NCBI GenBank assembly: GCA_964252035.1
Contig: OZ176202.1
Length of the DNA stretch: 64,000 nucleotides
Strand: one strand, 5' to 3'
Source: Podarcis erhardii
Taxonomy: Eukaryota
Shown here: in pieces, positions 24,867 to 38,306 of the stretch
How the letters are laid out: the number at the start of each line of letters is the position of its first letter
How positions within the stretch are numbered: position 1 is the stretch's first letter
The notes under the pieces: generated by a model
Told to the model about the DNA's origin: nothing
Databases searched by the model: none
Seen by the model: the letters and a program-made list of their open reading frames with translations, nothing else
Program-made: the position numbers and the translations under genes

Positions 24867-25522
24867 CTAAGAAACAGAATATTGTCATGTTATACACTGG
24901 AGTAATAGTGTTCATTTCTATGTAAACACAATTTACTGACAACAGAAAACAAAATATACTTTACATTTCCAACCCCACATAATGCACAAAACTTTTAACA
25001 AGGATGAAGATACAAGTACAGGAGCCACCTTTAATGCCAGGTATCAATGTGAAAATACCATTGAGCAGGCCATTTTCTCAACACTCCATGTTGATTCCAT
25101 TGTATAATGCCTACCTGCTACCTCACAGGAGTGTTGTAGCTCAGTTATTGTTTGTGAAGCTCTGAAATCCTTGGCAATCTTAAATTGCTAGTCCTGTTAA
25201 TTCAGCTTGGAATCAAAAAGGCAAACTGGTTCACGTGCATCGTCACTAGTAATAAAGATTCTGCAACTGGAACTTAGTTAACAATTCTGCTGCTGATTCA
25301 TGAGCAAGAACAGAATTCAGCTTGCTCTCCGACAGAAATATAGGCTCTGCAGGACTGAGGAATAAGCAGTAGTTAAAAACTTTTTAAAAGCACATATAAA
25401 CACCCAGGCAGCAGATCTGTGGACTGAGAAACTTACATTTCAGACAGAAAGCAGCAGCACTTTAAAGTATGTGGTATACAGAATCTGATGCCTGGGAGAG
25501 TACAGCCATGCATACCTTAAAT

Positions 25523-25705
25523 CATTGGTCTTCAACTGATGGGTCAGGAGCCACTACAGGGTCACAACCTGTTCTGAGGTGGGTCGTAACAAAAGCACTA
25601 CCACCATACAAATATATGGTTTTTTTTAAAAAAAAGGATATGGGTCCCCAAATGCATATTGGATTAAAGGTGGGTCCCAGGCATGAAAGGGTTGGAAGAC
25701 CACTG
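25523..25705. mobile_element. hAT/Charlie-type MITE
   Basis: Ends cattggtcttcaac / gttggaagaccactg; flanks ccttaaat / tgttaaat (decayed 8-bp TSD). Confidence 0.65.
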
Positions 25706-25710
25706 TGTTA

Positions 25711-26052
<342 letters not shown>

Positions 26053-26261
26053 CTAGTTGTTATTTAAAATGACAACACACCCTTAAAAATAGTGGTATAG
26101 TTTCAATGCCAAGATGTACAATGAACATTCAATGTACAAGAACGACTATAATGCAACCAATCTTAAACAGCTGTATTCTGCACAGTCCTTCAAATATACA
26201 TGTGACAAGTGACAAGTACCTCACACATTGAGACTATGATAAAAAAAGACTTTATACATAC

Positions 26262-26388
26262 CAAAATCAATGTCCAGTAGTGCTGCATTTGCACCCTCTA
26301 CTAAAATTTTCTTTGGTGGGCCGTGTAAAGCTTCATACATAAAGTATACACCATCTCGCACCATTGGTTTGAGCCTTTCAGTGTAACC
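26262..26388 (-). CDS. ADSS2: ADSS2 exon 8 ([42 protein letters not shown])
   Basis: Acceptor tcttag|GG, donor G|GTATGT; 127 nt. Confidence 0.96.
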
Positions 26389-28085
26389 CTAAGACAAACA
26401 TGTCCTAGAGATTAGAATGTAGTAAACTACAATCTTCAAAACACACTGTAGACACTTTACTAAATAGGCAGGCAAATAATTATTCTGTCTTATAATACAA
26501 TAAAAGTATTATTTGCTATTTGTTAGCCATGTCAACTATAAGCTATTCTTTGTGTCAAGGAGAATGTGCATAAGAACAACGCATATAGATGTCATTCATT
26601 AGTTCTTTCTCAAGTTAAAATTATTAAGAGTCCTGCTGGATCAGACCAAGAGTCTAACAACTAATCCACTATCTTGTTTCTAACACTTGCCAAATATCTG
26701 CAGAAAGCTCACAAAGAGAGCAGAAAGAAAAAGTCTTCCCCTCTTTGTCCCCCCTGCAAGCACTATTTAGGGATACACTATTTGTGAATTTTGAGCGTCC
26801 ATTTAGCTACCACAGCTAATAGCATTGGTAGACCTATGCTCCACAAAATTTGTCTACCACTGTCACTGCCACATCTTGCGACAGCAGAATCCTCAACTGA
26901 GCTATGCACTGCGTGAAGAACTACCTTTTCATGAACGAGAGTCAGTAGAGCAAGGTGGATGCTCCTGAGGAAGACACCCGATAAAGGCAGAAGTTGCATG
27001 ACTTTGGATAGTTCCAAGCAACACTGTTACAAATCCACTTCAGTCAGTGTACCTCTCATGCAGTAAGAGCAAGAGTAGAAATGAATGTGCTAGTCAGTTC
27101 ACTGTGTTGGTCACTACTATTACCCTCCTCCGCCTGGAGTGCAGACATCTGCAGTGGGGCACCTGCGGAACCTAGTAGGCCCCTTGTGAAATTGAGAGCC
27201 CTGCATAAGCAGAATTCTAAATCTCACAGGTATAAGTATGGCAGCCTCCCTACTGCAATGACTGGAAAATAGCAAGAGCAGGCATCATGGGTCAACAAAG
27301 GTAACAGGTAGCACACCTGTCCCATTTTTTCTCATGTGATTCTACCTGTGTCAGGGAAACTAACAATTGAATATGACTAAAGTATGCCTTTTATCCATTT
27401 CCCTTGGGCCAGACTATCCCTCCTAAGTTCTGCCTACTTTTTGAAGAGCAGAAAGCTTTACAGGTCTAGTCCTCTGGCATGAAGTTTAGCACTCCATTAC
27501 ATCTCAATCAGCTTCTGCCTTATGAATTGTCTGTATTGCTGAACAGGCATAGGTTACTGTGATGTTCAGGGTTGGGGTCATGTCAAGGTTCACTGGGTGA
27601 CCCTGAGTTCCAATACTATAAGAGAGAGAAAATGTGTTTTGATCCATATATTTTCCCAATACCAAGAATGACTGTATGCAAAAAAAGGCTTTAACCAATG
27701 ATTTTCTGATGTAGGGCACAAACCTTTACCAAGCTATACACTATCTCTCAGGAGAATTGTCACATCAATGTAGAATATGAGCTTCTAAAAGATAAAAAGA
27801 CCACAGTATTCCTTTTCTACATGAAATCTAAGATTCAGCAAACAGGTTTAATTCAGTAAATAACTGACCACTGTGATAAAGCTACTGGGCCATTTGTTTC
27901 TGACTTATGATAACCCTAATGCAGGCAATTTGCTAGTTAAAGCGATAAGTTAACTGACTGCTGCTTGTGTGCCAGAAGCAGTGTTTCTTGATCATTTTAT
28001 CAGAAGAAACATACAAAGATAAATCCATCTGTGTATATATATATATATATTATGTCAAATAATTCACAACTCCTCTATAGTTTAC

Positions 28086-28167
28086 CTTCAGTCTTTTCAA
28101 TTCTCCTTCAATGTCTATCTCTAAGGTAGGGTAAACAGACTTGTACTGGTTGGCCAACACTTTGAAT
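28086..28167 (-). CDS. ADSS2: ADSS2 exon 7 ([28 protein letters not shown])
   Basis: Acceptor tttttag|A, donor AAG|GTAAAC; 82 nt. Confidence 0.96.
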
Positions 28168-28378
28168 CTAAAAAGTAAAATAAGTACAAATAAATTATGC
28201 TTGCAACATTTTTTTAAAAAGCCTTAATAAAAATTTTAACTTAACACATGTGAAAACAAAAACAGACTCACAAATGAGAGATCTAGTAAGGGATTTTTTA
28301 GAATATGAAAATCAGAATATACAAGCCCTAGTAATAAATTTATTTGAAATATTTACATTACTCTAGAGAAGTGGTTAC

Positions 28379-28486
28379 CTTTCTGAAAATTCATTGAAGT
28401 CAGAAACTAGATCACACATTCTGAGCCCACTTCGAGCTGCTTTAGAAGAATACACTGGACCAATTCCCTTTTTTGTAGTTCCCAAG
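28379..28486 (-). CDS. ADSS2: ADSS2 exon 6 ([36 protein letters not shown])
   Basis: Acceptor ttttaaag|C, donor AG|GTAACC; 108 nt. Confidence 0.96.
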
Positions 28487-31210
28487 CTTTAAAACACAAA
28501 AATAAAAAACATACACATACTACACAATCTGTGACTATAAATTCAACTAGGTTGTTGTTAAGTTTCTAAAAATAAAATTACTCTGGAAGTATGTTGTACA
28601 TACTTTGTAGTTTAAAATTATCATTCACTGAGGTCAAACATTTCCCCCAGTGGGCACCCAGGAGAAGAGGGAAGATTAAGAAGAAACAGAATCCTGACAG
28701 GTGGTGCAAAACATCCTCAGAAGTGTTACTTGTAATGCTGATATACAAAATACTTAAAAAGGTACAGTCTAAACATTATTTAGTATTTACCTTAAAGGAT
28801 GAACGAACATATCACATTGTTTATATGTATTTCATATGCATTTTTTCTGTGCAAATCTCAATGAATTTTCTTAACAGAGACTGTAGTGGTGTGAATCTTA
28901 GCATGCTAAGAGTGATGAGCTTACTTAAAAGTAAAGCAACATACAGGGTATATCTCAAACGTGGTGGAACACAGCTGAAAACTGAGACTAAACAAAAACA
29001 ACACTATTATTCAATGTGGTCAGAATAGTTTATGCTTTTAGACCACGGTTATATGTAGTAAGGAGCTCATTATTTCCTGTTATATGACCTGCACTATACT
29101 TTTCTTCTCAGCATGGCTACTGCACATGACAAGCCATTTGCCTATCTCCACCCAAAGGCTATGAAACTGCTCTGTGCCATAGAAAGCCCATAGAATTGAG
29201 GAAACCTATTCCTGGTCAAATTATGAATCAAGGATCTTGGATGCCTAACTGTAAAGTCTGTCTTAGAACTGTGTTGCCTGAACCAAGGCTAATTGGTCCT
29301 TCTGTCATAGCAAGAGGTCTTAAGACAAGTCCAACAACTGGTTTAACAAACTACAAGTTGTCCCACAGATGTTCAAACCAACCATGGAATGTTTCCCAAA
29401 TTTTTGTTTTGTTTTCCAGCTGCTTTTGCCTCAAGCCTTTAGTAGTCTGGTGAAAATCTAGGGTGGGATGAGCAAATACACCATTGTTAAGAAGGGTTCT
29501 GGGTTCATATGTAACAGCAAGCCATAATTTAAATCAAGGTTCATAAGCCATCAATAAACCATGATTATAGATCGTGATTTGATGGCAGTGAACAAACCAT
29601 AGCTAAGCTATTGGGGAGGTTCACACAACACTAAGTTAAGGTTTAATCAACAATGGTTAGGTATTGTTTGCAAAACAGGCCAATAGCATCAATCAAGGAC
29701 AGGTTGAGATTTGCAATGTTAAGAGTAAACAAATCACAGATGAAAAGGGGAGTGGAGAAGAATGTAAACACAGCCTGTTATGAGTCTCATACAATGACCC
29801 AGTCAGATTTTGTTTTGTCTGTATCACATTTTGTGATACTAGCAAAACTTCAGATATGCAAATTTACAATACAGACAGGCCAAGTTCTGGAAAATGGAAA
29901 ATGTTAACAACACAACCAACTTTTTCTCAAAAGGAGAAAAATTTCCTTAAAAGAGCCACTATCATTAATGCAGCAAGTCCATTCCCTGTCAAAGTACAGC
30001 AACAACCTAGACTTCTAGAGTCCATTCGCTATACTATTCCTAAGTATCAACGACAACCACAGAACTCTTGAGTCAGGTTTGTATTATTTTGATTTATTTT
30101 AAGAAGACATGATCAATAGTTCAATACTTCCCTATTCCATCCATATTGGCAAAAGGAAATATGTCAAGTTTGATTCTTGCCTTTTTAAAAACAATGAGCT
30201 GTGCAATTTAAAAAATACTAACTGCATGGATGGAAATGAAATCAACATCTTTATGCTGTACTAGTGCCTAGGAATATATCAAGAAGGGAGGGGATACACT
30301 TAGATCTACTGATTTAGCACTGTCACCATGATTGAGGAAGGATACATAATCCAACAAAATAACATGCAAATAAACAAGTCCCACCCCAGGACAGGCTGAC
30401 AGGATCCTGGCCAATAGTATTTCCTCTTTTGCCCATGACCAATCTAATTCTGAATGTACAAAAGAATTAAATGTGCTAAAACCCAGATATGACTTTTCAA
30501 TTTTCACAAAGGGTGTGAAGGTTTCCCAATCATTCAATATCATACCACTATCATTTCAATGGATCAGTGTGGGGTGGAAAAATATAAAGAACACACACTA
30601 GTATTTTCCTAGTTCTGACCTTAATTCATTCATCATAACCTTATCACATGACATCACCATTACGCACATTAGGTAACAGAGCTTAAGAGCCTTGAATCTC
30701 TGGAAGACACCCAAAATGTTCTGTACTCATTATCCAGAGATTCAGATACATTTCCCATTCCTGCTGAAGAACAAGATTCACATCAGTGATGAAGAGCAAC
30801 AGTTTTACAGGTTTGCTACTTGGAATTTAACATATGCTCTGCAAAAAATATATCCAAGTGAACTGCAAAGGTATTGAGGCTTACAATTTAAGAACAAAAC
30901 TGTTGTGCAAAAACTTACATCTTAAGTGTATTCTAAAGCTGAAGAGAATTTTGTTGTGCCCTTCAGGTTGAAAGCAAACTAATTTTGAATCCTTGAATCA
31001 CATGTCTTAAAGTACATACAAATAAGTGGGAATGTACAGGTGTCCCAGATTTCCTTGCAAAAACATTAAGAAAGAATCTTACTGCAAAGCACCCTTAACA
31101 GCACACTCTATTGAACAGATTCTGGAAGTGTACTGGCTGAAAAGCCCTCCCTGTCACTCAAAATTTCTTCCAGTATTTACAATTAAAACATTTGACAACA
31201 CATAACATAC

Positions 31211-31277
31211 TTCTTTCCTGCTTGCTCTTGTCTTTGTTGTTCCTGGATGCCATCAGCAGCTTGATGGAAGTCAAATA
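31211..31277 (-). CDS. ADSS2: ADSS2 exon 5 ([22 protein letters not shown])
   Basis: Acceptor cctag|TA, donor AA|GTATGT; 67 nt. Confidence 0.96.
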
Positions 31278-32347
31278 CTAGGAATTTGAAGAGTACAAAA
31301 TGAACTCTGTTGTATTAATACCTGCATTAAGTACCAAACTAAAGTAAGCTATTATTTCTCATTAATGTATGCCAAAGTATTTTGGAAATCATCATTTGCA
31401 CTAGATATATAAACTTTAAGTAACAAGCACCTGGAGAAAATACAGCCGTTTAGTAAAATAATATTTTAGAAAAAGCACTTCAATTTGTGAAGACTAAAGT
31501 CAAGGCAAACAAAGTAAGCAAACAAAGCACTACAGTATGCTACAACTCAAGAGGTGTCAGTCAAACCTTTTCTGTTCAAAAACATTTGCATTTCTCCAGG
31601 GCTACTGACATTCCAAGCATCTTAAAATTCTCTTATATTGCAGAAGTTATAGAGGCTGAATAGAATACATAGACTGCATCTTATTATCCCAATAACTGGG
31701 GGGTTTACACTAATCAGCAACGATATTCTAAGACTGACAAAGGCAGCAAAGAAATACACCAAAAGGGTGGACTTGCTTTGTCAATGGCCGCATGTGTTGA
31801 AAGGGGCCATAAATACACAATAATCTGAAGTGGAAACACATTTTGAACATTAAAGTGAAAAGGCTGGTTTTAACATACCCTGCTTCTTATCAATATTAGG
31901 TAACTTTATTACACTGCTTAACAATCTTTGTTTAAATTGGTTAATCTCTGTGATACAACAGCAGTTGCTAGTGTTTTAAGGCAGGGAGGGGGAATTGTTC
32001 CTGAGAAACTACTTAAGAACCATGCTATTCATTGGTGTTTTGCAGCAAAGGAGGGGACAATCCAAGGGTAACATGATGTTTTCTTGTCTCCTGATCAGCT
32101 TAACTGGATATATTGGGAAAATGTCCACCATCTTCATCTGTTATGAGTTTGCTAGACCTTTGATGCTTGCAGTAGAAATCATTTTATGTGCAGAAGAGAA
32201 AGCCAAGATACTTCCTCCCTTGCATTTCTTGTTTGATGGGACACCAAAAAGGTAGACGGATAAAGACACGCTTCAGGCTAGCTGTTGCTCATGTTGCCAT
32301 TTGGTCACCCCTGGTATAAATTGCATTAGTATGCAGTATAGAAGACA

Positions 32348-32583
32348 TAAAGGTAAAGGTAAAGGGACCCCTGAACATTAGGTCCAGTCGCGAATGACTC
32401 TGGGGTTGTAGCGCTCATCTCGCTTTATTGGCCGAGGGAGTCAGTGTACAGCTTCCAGGTCATGTGGCCAGCATGACTAAGCCGCTTTCTGGTGAACCAG
32501 AGCAGCACACGGAAACACCATTTACCTTCCCGCTGGAGCAGTACCTATTTACCTACTTGCACGTTGGCGTGCTTTCGAACTGC
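32348..32583 (-). mobile_element. Sauria SINE, 5'-truncated
   Basis: aaggtaaaggtaaagggacccctg...catgtggccagcatgactaagccgc; matches the 60657 copy. Confidence 0.88.
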
Positions 32584-33027
32584 ACATTTATTTATACATA
32601 AGGCAATAAATAAGATGATCCTCCAACCATTCATCTTGACAAATTCTTGACATAAACATTCATTTGTGGAAGAACACATTTACTATAAAACAATTACCAG
32701 TTTAGATAGAAAACACCTCTTGTTTAAGTGTTTGATTTCCACTTTGATAGCCAATGCAGTATTTGATACCAGAAAGCTAGCTTTAGAACCCTGTCTACTG
32801 TGTTGGGAGGCTGTTCTCTCAATAGCTGTTGTTGAATAATGTAGAGGGGAGTCTACATTTGAAGTGGGCACAACAAAAGGCCCCACTATGTGCATGGAAC
32901 ATTCCCCCACAGGCCTTTGTATTCTAACCTATATTATTGCTAGATATTTACAAATGAAAAACAAATCAGAGCTACAGATTAAAAAATACTTTGAATCATT
33001 TAATATATTTCAATATTTTTTACTTAC

Positions 33028-33078
33028 CAATATGAGCTCTGTCAGATATAATTAATCTTTTTTCCCAACCTTCCAGTC
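33028..33078 (-). CDS. ADSS2: ADSS2 exon 4 (GLEGWEKRLIISDRAHI)
   Basis: Acceptor ttttcaaag|GA, donor G|GTAAGT; 51 nt. Confidence 0.95.
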
Positions 33079-33808
33079 CTTTGAAAAGCAACAAAAGAAA
33101 TATTATGGGGGGGGGGGAACACATTTAGAAATCAGTTACTTTTAATGGCCAAAATTCTATGCATTTTTAAAGAGAGAAAAAATTCCACTCTCTTTGGTGG
33201 TACTTACTCCCAAGTAAGTGTGCAAAGGATTACAGCCTAATTTGATCAGTTGAATGAAGAGACAGTTTAGAAAATATCACAAAACTAACTCAATGTAGCT
33301 TGGAAAAACCAAACAAATTTCAGTCATTGCTATTTGTCTCAAACATACAATATCTTGAAAATGGATCTATATAAAACACTGGCTTATGAACACTCTAACT
33401 CGCAATAAAAACCCTAGATATTTATTTAATATTACTTCTTCCATTTAAATTCTATTTCATCATGTGGCTTTTTTAGAAAAGGGGTGCATTTAGATAATCT
33501 GAACACTAATCCAACATTCTTGGCCACTGAAAATTTTAAAATTATATACAGCGTGTATTTGTATTTTAAAGTGTTGTATGTCATATACCACTTACTTTAA
33601 GGTGTTAAATAGAATTAAATGGGGGGGAGTATTCTGAACAAAAGAAATAAATCTTTGAGAATTGGTTACTTTTTCCCTCAATGCACCAAGTGGATACCAT
33701 CAGGCAACTCAGGAGCAAAAACACATTGGTAATTACCAGCTTCTGCTACATACCAATGCGAGAGAATCCTCACCATCTCCCTACGATACCTTAGAAAGCT
33801 GTTCTTAC

Positions 33809-33877
33809 CTTTTCCTTTTTTAACATTTTTCTCTGCCTCTTCAAACAATCCTGGCAAGTGAATTACCACACCATTTC
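33809..33877 (-). CDS. ADSS2: ADSS2 exon 3 ([23 protein letters not shown])
   Basis: Acceptor cccag|GA, donor G|GTAAGA; 69 nt; inside ORF 33678..33890. Confidence 0.96.
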
Positions 33878-34025
33878 CTGGGGAAAGCACGAAAAGGGAG
33901 TGATCAATGAGGAATACAAGAAGGTTAAAAGTCTCAAAAACCCGAGTTTTGACTTTGCAAAAAGGAAAAGCATTTAAATACTAAAATATATCTTATATTA
34001 CTTACTTTTCAGTTAAAGTCTAGGG

Positions 34026-34280
34026 AATTGGTAGGCAAACTAAGGCCTGGGGGCTGGATCTGGCCCAATCGCCTTCTAAATCCGGGCCGCAGACGGTCCG
34101 GGAATCAGCGTGTTTTTACATGAGTAGAATTTGTCCTTTTATTTAAAATGCATCTCTGGGTTATTTGTGGGGCATAGGAATTTGTTCATTTATTTTATTT
34201 TTACAAAATATAGTCTGGCCCCCCACAAGGTCTGAGGGACAGTGGACCGGCCCCCTGCTGAAAAAGTTTGCTGACCCCTG
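34026..34280. mobile_element. hAT/Charlie-type MITE
   Basis: Ends ggtaggcaaac / gtttgctgacccctg; flanks gtctaggg / gtctaagg resemble a Charlie-type 8-bp TSD. Confidence 0.75.
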
Positions 34281-34312
34281 GTCTAAGGCTTCAATCCAAT
34301 GGTGACTTTGTA

Positions 34313-34380
34313 CAGTGGTACCTCAGGTTGCAGACGCTTTGGGTTACAGATGCTTTGGGTTACAAACTCCGCTAACCAGG
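34313..34380 (-). mobile_element. Tigger-like MITE family A fragment
   Basis: ta|cagtggtacctcaggttgcagacgc...ctccgctaacc; one end only. Confidence 0.7.
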
Positions 34381-34408
34381 AAGGCAAGGTTGAAGTGGTA
34401 CTTACTTG

Positions 34409-34536
34409 CACAGGAGCCAACTACTAGGGGACAAGGTTCCTTCGCCCCCCCCCAAATAAAATATTTGAGAGGGCTGCCCTCCGAAGTTGACACCCTTGCC
34501 CTCCTTCCAGTATTTTATTCAAGTTGACACCCCTGC
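34409..34536. mobile_element. Small hAT-like MITE
   Basis: Ends caggagccaact / agttgacacccctg. Confidence 0.55.
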
Positions 34537-34849
34537 TTACTTGGGAGGGCAGGGTCACATCCAGATGATTTTAGTCTGATAATCTAGTCCAGGGATAGTC
34601 AACCTTTTTATACCATCTTTCTTGATGGTAAAATTTCCTTATCACTCACCAGCGCTCAATGGAAGGAGGTTTAAGCTTGTGCCGTAGAACCCCCGACCAG
34701 CCACCTAGAATCCTGAAATGCCCACTATGGGCGGTAGGGACCAGTTGACAACCCCTGATATAGAGGTTAACAACTGGACAACAAACATGGATTTTACGCA
34801 TTCTAATGGTAGCCAAGAGGCTGATATTGATAAACTGGAAGAATAAAGA

Positions 34850-35170
34850 CATGATCTCCTTTAAACAGTGGATTGATAATATGATAAGACTTGCAACCTA
34901 TGAACGGACTGCTTGCAGACTCTGCTTGGATAAATACAAGAATATTTGGAACAAATTTATACAAAATGTAGTAGGCTATTAATATTTACATTAGTATTAA
35001 GATAATAATATCAAATTTATAAAATAATGTCTGGGTTAGGGTATTTTGATATATATTCATATGTGTTTTTTCCCTTTTACACAGTTGTGAGTTTTGTTTT
35101 TTCCTCTTTATGTATCACTTACTGCTTTATATTTGAAAAATTTTCAATAAAATAACAATTACAAAAAAAG
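34850..35170 (+). mobile_element. L1-like LINE 3' fragment
   Basis: Residual WIDNMIRLATYERT...KNIWNKF-type ORF2 C-terminus, T-rich 3' UTR, AATAAA and A-rich end. Confidence 0.65.
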
Positions 35171-35216
35171 ACTTCGAACTGTAGAGGTACAGTATATTCT
35201 GAAAAATACTACTTAC

Positions 35217-35319
35217 CAATAAAAGCCGTAACTTTTGGATTGATGATACCACTGGGTAAGAGATGGAAATCATATTCCACAGAATCTACTACGACAGTAT
35301 GCCCAGCATTGTTGCCTCC
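35217..35319 (-). CDS. ADSS2: ADSS2 exon 2 ([34 protein letters not shown])
   Basis: Acceptor cctgcag|GGA, donor G|GTAAGT; 103 nt. Confidence 0.96.
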
Positions 35320-37455
35320 CTGCAGGTAAGATAGGATTTATTATTCTTCATTTTTTCTTAAAATATTTATTAAAAGCTCACATTAGAACTATCAACCCTT
35401 TCATACATGTTGTTCCTGTCTGTTACTTGGAAGAAAAACAAATCAAGCTACTTTTTGCTTAACTTGGCAACATAAACAACAAATCTCAAACCTGTTACTA
35501 ACCGTCTTGAATGTATTGATAGTTGATTGGTCACTGATTTAAACTTGCTTCCAAGATGTATTTTCATTTACAAATACACCCACAACTTTTCAATCAAATT
35601 CACAATGCAAAAACTATTTCTAAATAAATAAATGCAAAAACTAAGCTTCACTGTGTGTCATGTGCAGTCAGTTGTTTTGACCAATGAAAGACCTCATTAC
35701 TCCTAAAGCATTCATATTTTAATAAACTGTCATAGTTGAAACACTGGTTCAGAACCAGTGTGTTATGCTAACTATATTTTTAATATATTTATATCTCATA
35801 AAATTTATATACTGCTTGATTGTAAAAAAAACCCCCAAAAACTCAAAGCGCCAAGAAAATTAAAATGAATCCACTTGAATTAACAAAACTGCCACAAAAA
35901 AAACTCACAACTTACTTCTGTAGTGTGATGTTTGATTTTGGAAGATATTCCTTGTAAAAAATATGAGAAGCCACGCCTTGGATCCATGTTTTGTGGCATG
36001 GCAGCACTGGCAAATGCTAGGTTTCTTATTTTTTTGTTCAGTCAACCAAGAGACAAATGTCACATTTTCAGGAGGATCCATTTTACTGGCTCCAACCTGT
36101 GTGTGCATGCATGTGCCAAAGAAAGTGCATGTTGGTTTTCATATTCTACTTTCTCCTTTCCTCTCTCTTACTCCTGCCTCTCTTCCCCAACTCCTGTGTC
36201 ACCCAACTTCCAGCCCCCTCCTGCTTCCTGCCAGCAATTCTACTTTCCTTTTGCAGTCTCCCATCCGGATAGTTATCCTTTCTCCCAGTTTTCTGCTCAT
36301 TTGCTCAAATTTTGTTCTGAGGTTTAAAAACCATACAGAGATGAAAGACGAAATGAAGAAGAACACTTTCCCTACTTCCTCTTCCACTGTTGTGTTGATC
36401 TAATGAACACTTGGTGCATAAGTAGGAAAGTGTGTCACTCTTCACCACTTCTTTCAGCATTATGTATTTTTCAAAGAAAAAGCACAAGCACTATCGCCAC
36501 CTCATGAAGGAGGGGGCTGCAGAGATTTTACAGGTGGTAGCTGAAGTCTTCAAAGGAGTCATTACTGAATAGGTAATTCCAGTAAAAAGCAACCAAGCTT
36601 TACCATTTTGTAACCTATTCTAATGCATAGGTAAACCAGTACAAAGATGATTATTTTAACACAGAAATACTAATAATTTGTAGCAAAGAACTGGACAACC
36701 CTATGTGTGCTTCCTAAGTCCTGGTGCTTTCAATGGGGTTTATTCACAGGTAAGTGAGCACAGAACAATAGTCACACAGTGCAATTTTAAGCATTCTTGT
36801 TTAGAAGGAATTTCATTGTGTTCAATGGAATGCTAGAGCACATAGTCCTCTTTTGTTAATTAGATAATACAGTACAATCCTAAACTCACTCAGAGTTTAG
36901 GATTGTACTCTATTATCTAATTAACAAAAGAGGACAGTGCTTTTTTAAAAAATTAAGCCAGTTTAACTGTGCTGTGTAAGAAACACACAGAATGTTCAGT
37001 GACTTTCGTGGTTGAATAGCTAGTAAAATATGCAAACACAGCATTCCAGTTATGTGAACATACTGGGCATATTTTTTCTGACAAGATTTACCTTGCGGTA
37101 ATCTACAGTGCCAATATTTATAGAGATCTAGAATGCCATTTCTGCCATGTCTTAAAAGTTCAAGAGGTTCATAAAGCATCCCATTGGCAGACTAAACCGT
37201 TAATTCACTTGCCTTGCCTATCTTATCTTTTTCATGCATCTAGAAATTTAGAATCACCTTTTAAATCACCTCATGAGAATTAGAAAGGGGTTCTATACAT
37301 GACTTCAGCAAAGAAGGGTGGTGTTCTCTACAAACTTTTATAATCCCATCCTATGTTACTTCATATTCTTAAATAAAGTCAAAAGAATAGTATGTAAATT
37401 TCAATGAGTTGTATCCATTGAAGTTGTCACACTTATGCAAGGGTTTCTGTTCGTG

Positions 37456-37757
37456 CAGTAGTACTTCCACTGGCGTATGGACGAGGGGAGGGGGGAGCGC
37501 ACCGCACCGGGTACCATTTGGGGAAAGGGTGCCATCACGACCCCACTCCCAGGATGCGCACCACACGGAGGTCCGTTCTTAACCTGAAACTGTTCTTAAC
37601 CTGAGGTACCACTTTAGCTAATGGGGCCTCCCACTGCTGCTGCACCGCCAGAGCACTATTTCTGTTCTAATCCTGAAGCAAAGTTCTTAACCCGAGGTAC
37701 TATTTCTGTCTTAGCGGAGTCTGTAACCTGAAGTGTATGTAACCCGAGGTACCACTG
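37456..37757 (+). mobile_element. Tigger-like MITE family A with its left end interrupted by a foreign GC-rich segment (37468-37565)
   Basis: Partial left TIR cagtagtacttc; family-A body from 37566; intact right TIR and TA. Confidence 0.75.
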
Positions 37758-37921
37758 TATAGTGAAATCTGACTTCTAATAAGTTCTGTTACCTTTAAAA
37801 CAATTTAGGTTTTATTTGATCTGGAAGAACTCTGAAGTTTAAGAAATGTATACAGAGCAAAGCCTTCAGCAAAACATATGATTCAAAATTAGAAAACTAT
37901 ATTTGGCCTGAGTGCGTTGGT

Positions 37922-37974
37922 ATGTTATCTCTGCAACCATGTTATCTCTGCAACCATGTTATCTCTGCAACCAT
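37922..37974. repeat. 17-bp unit atgttatctctgcaacc, three perfect copies
   Basis: Direct reading. Confidence 0.95.
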
Positions 37975-38279
37975 AAGGACTAAATGATAAGAACAGCGTC
38001 CAAAGCTCATCATGCAGCTCTCCTGCCTATGCTGTTCTTGTAAGACATGATGCCGTCTTGACCCAAAATGGCAACTAGACACTCCGTTTTGGCAACTGTA
38101 ACCTTGGTTTAAGGAGCTATTTGGTGCCTAGCTTATATATCTGAATTTCTAATGCTGGACATAGAAAGATCTCAAATTTCAAACAGCAGAGTAAAGAGGT
38201 ACATCTGCAGCATACAATGAAAACCATATTGTAAACAGCCCTGTGACCCTTGGCTGAAGGGCAGCATAGAAATCTAAAT

Positions 38280-38306
38280 AACAACAACAACAACAACAAC
38301 AACAAC
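38280..38306. repeat. (AAC)9 microsatellite
   Basis: Direct reading. Confidence 0.9.

Noticed and set aside
28591-29028. 145-codon + strand ORF in ADSS2 intron 5
   Set aside because: It is antisense to ADSS2, AT-rich, has no recognisable motif and no convincing splice context.
35932-36403. Two 130-146-codon + strand ORFs in ADSS2 intron 1
   Set aside because: Low-complexity pyrimidine-rich sequence gives chance open frames with no family resemblance.
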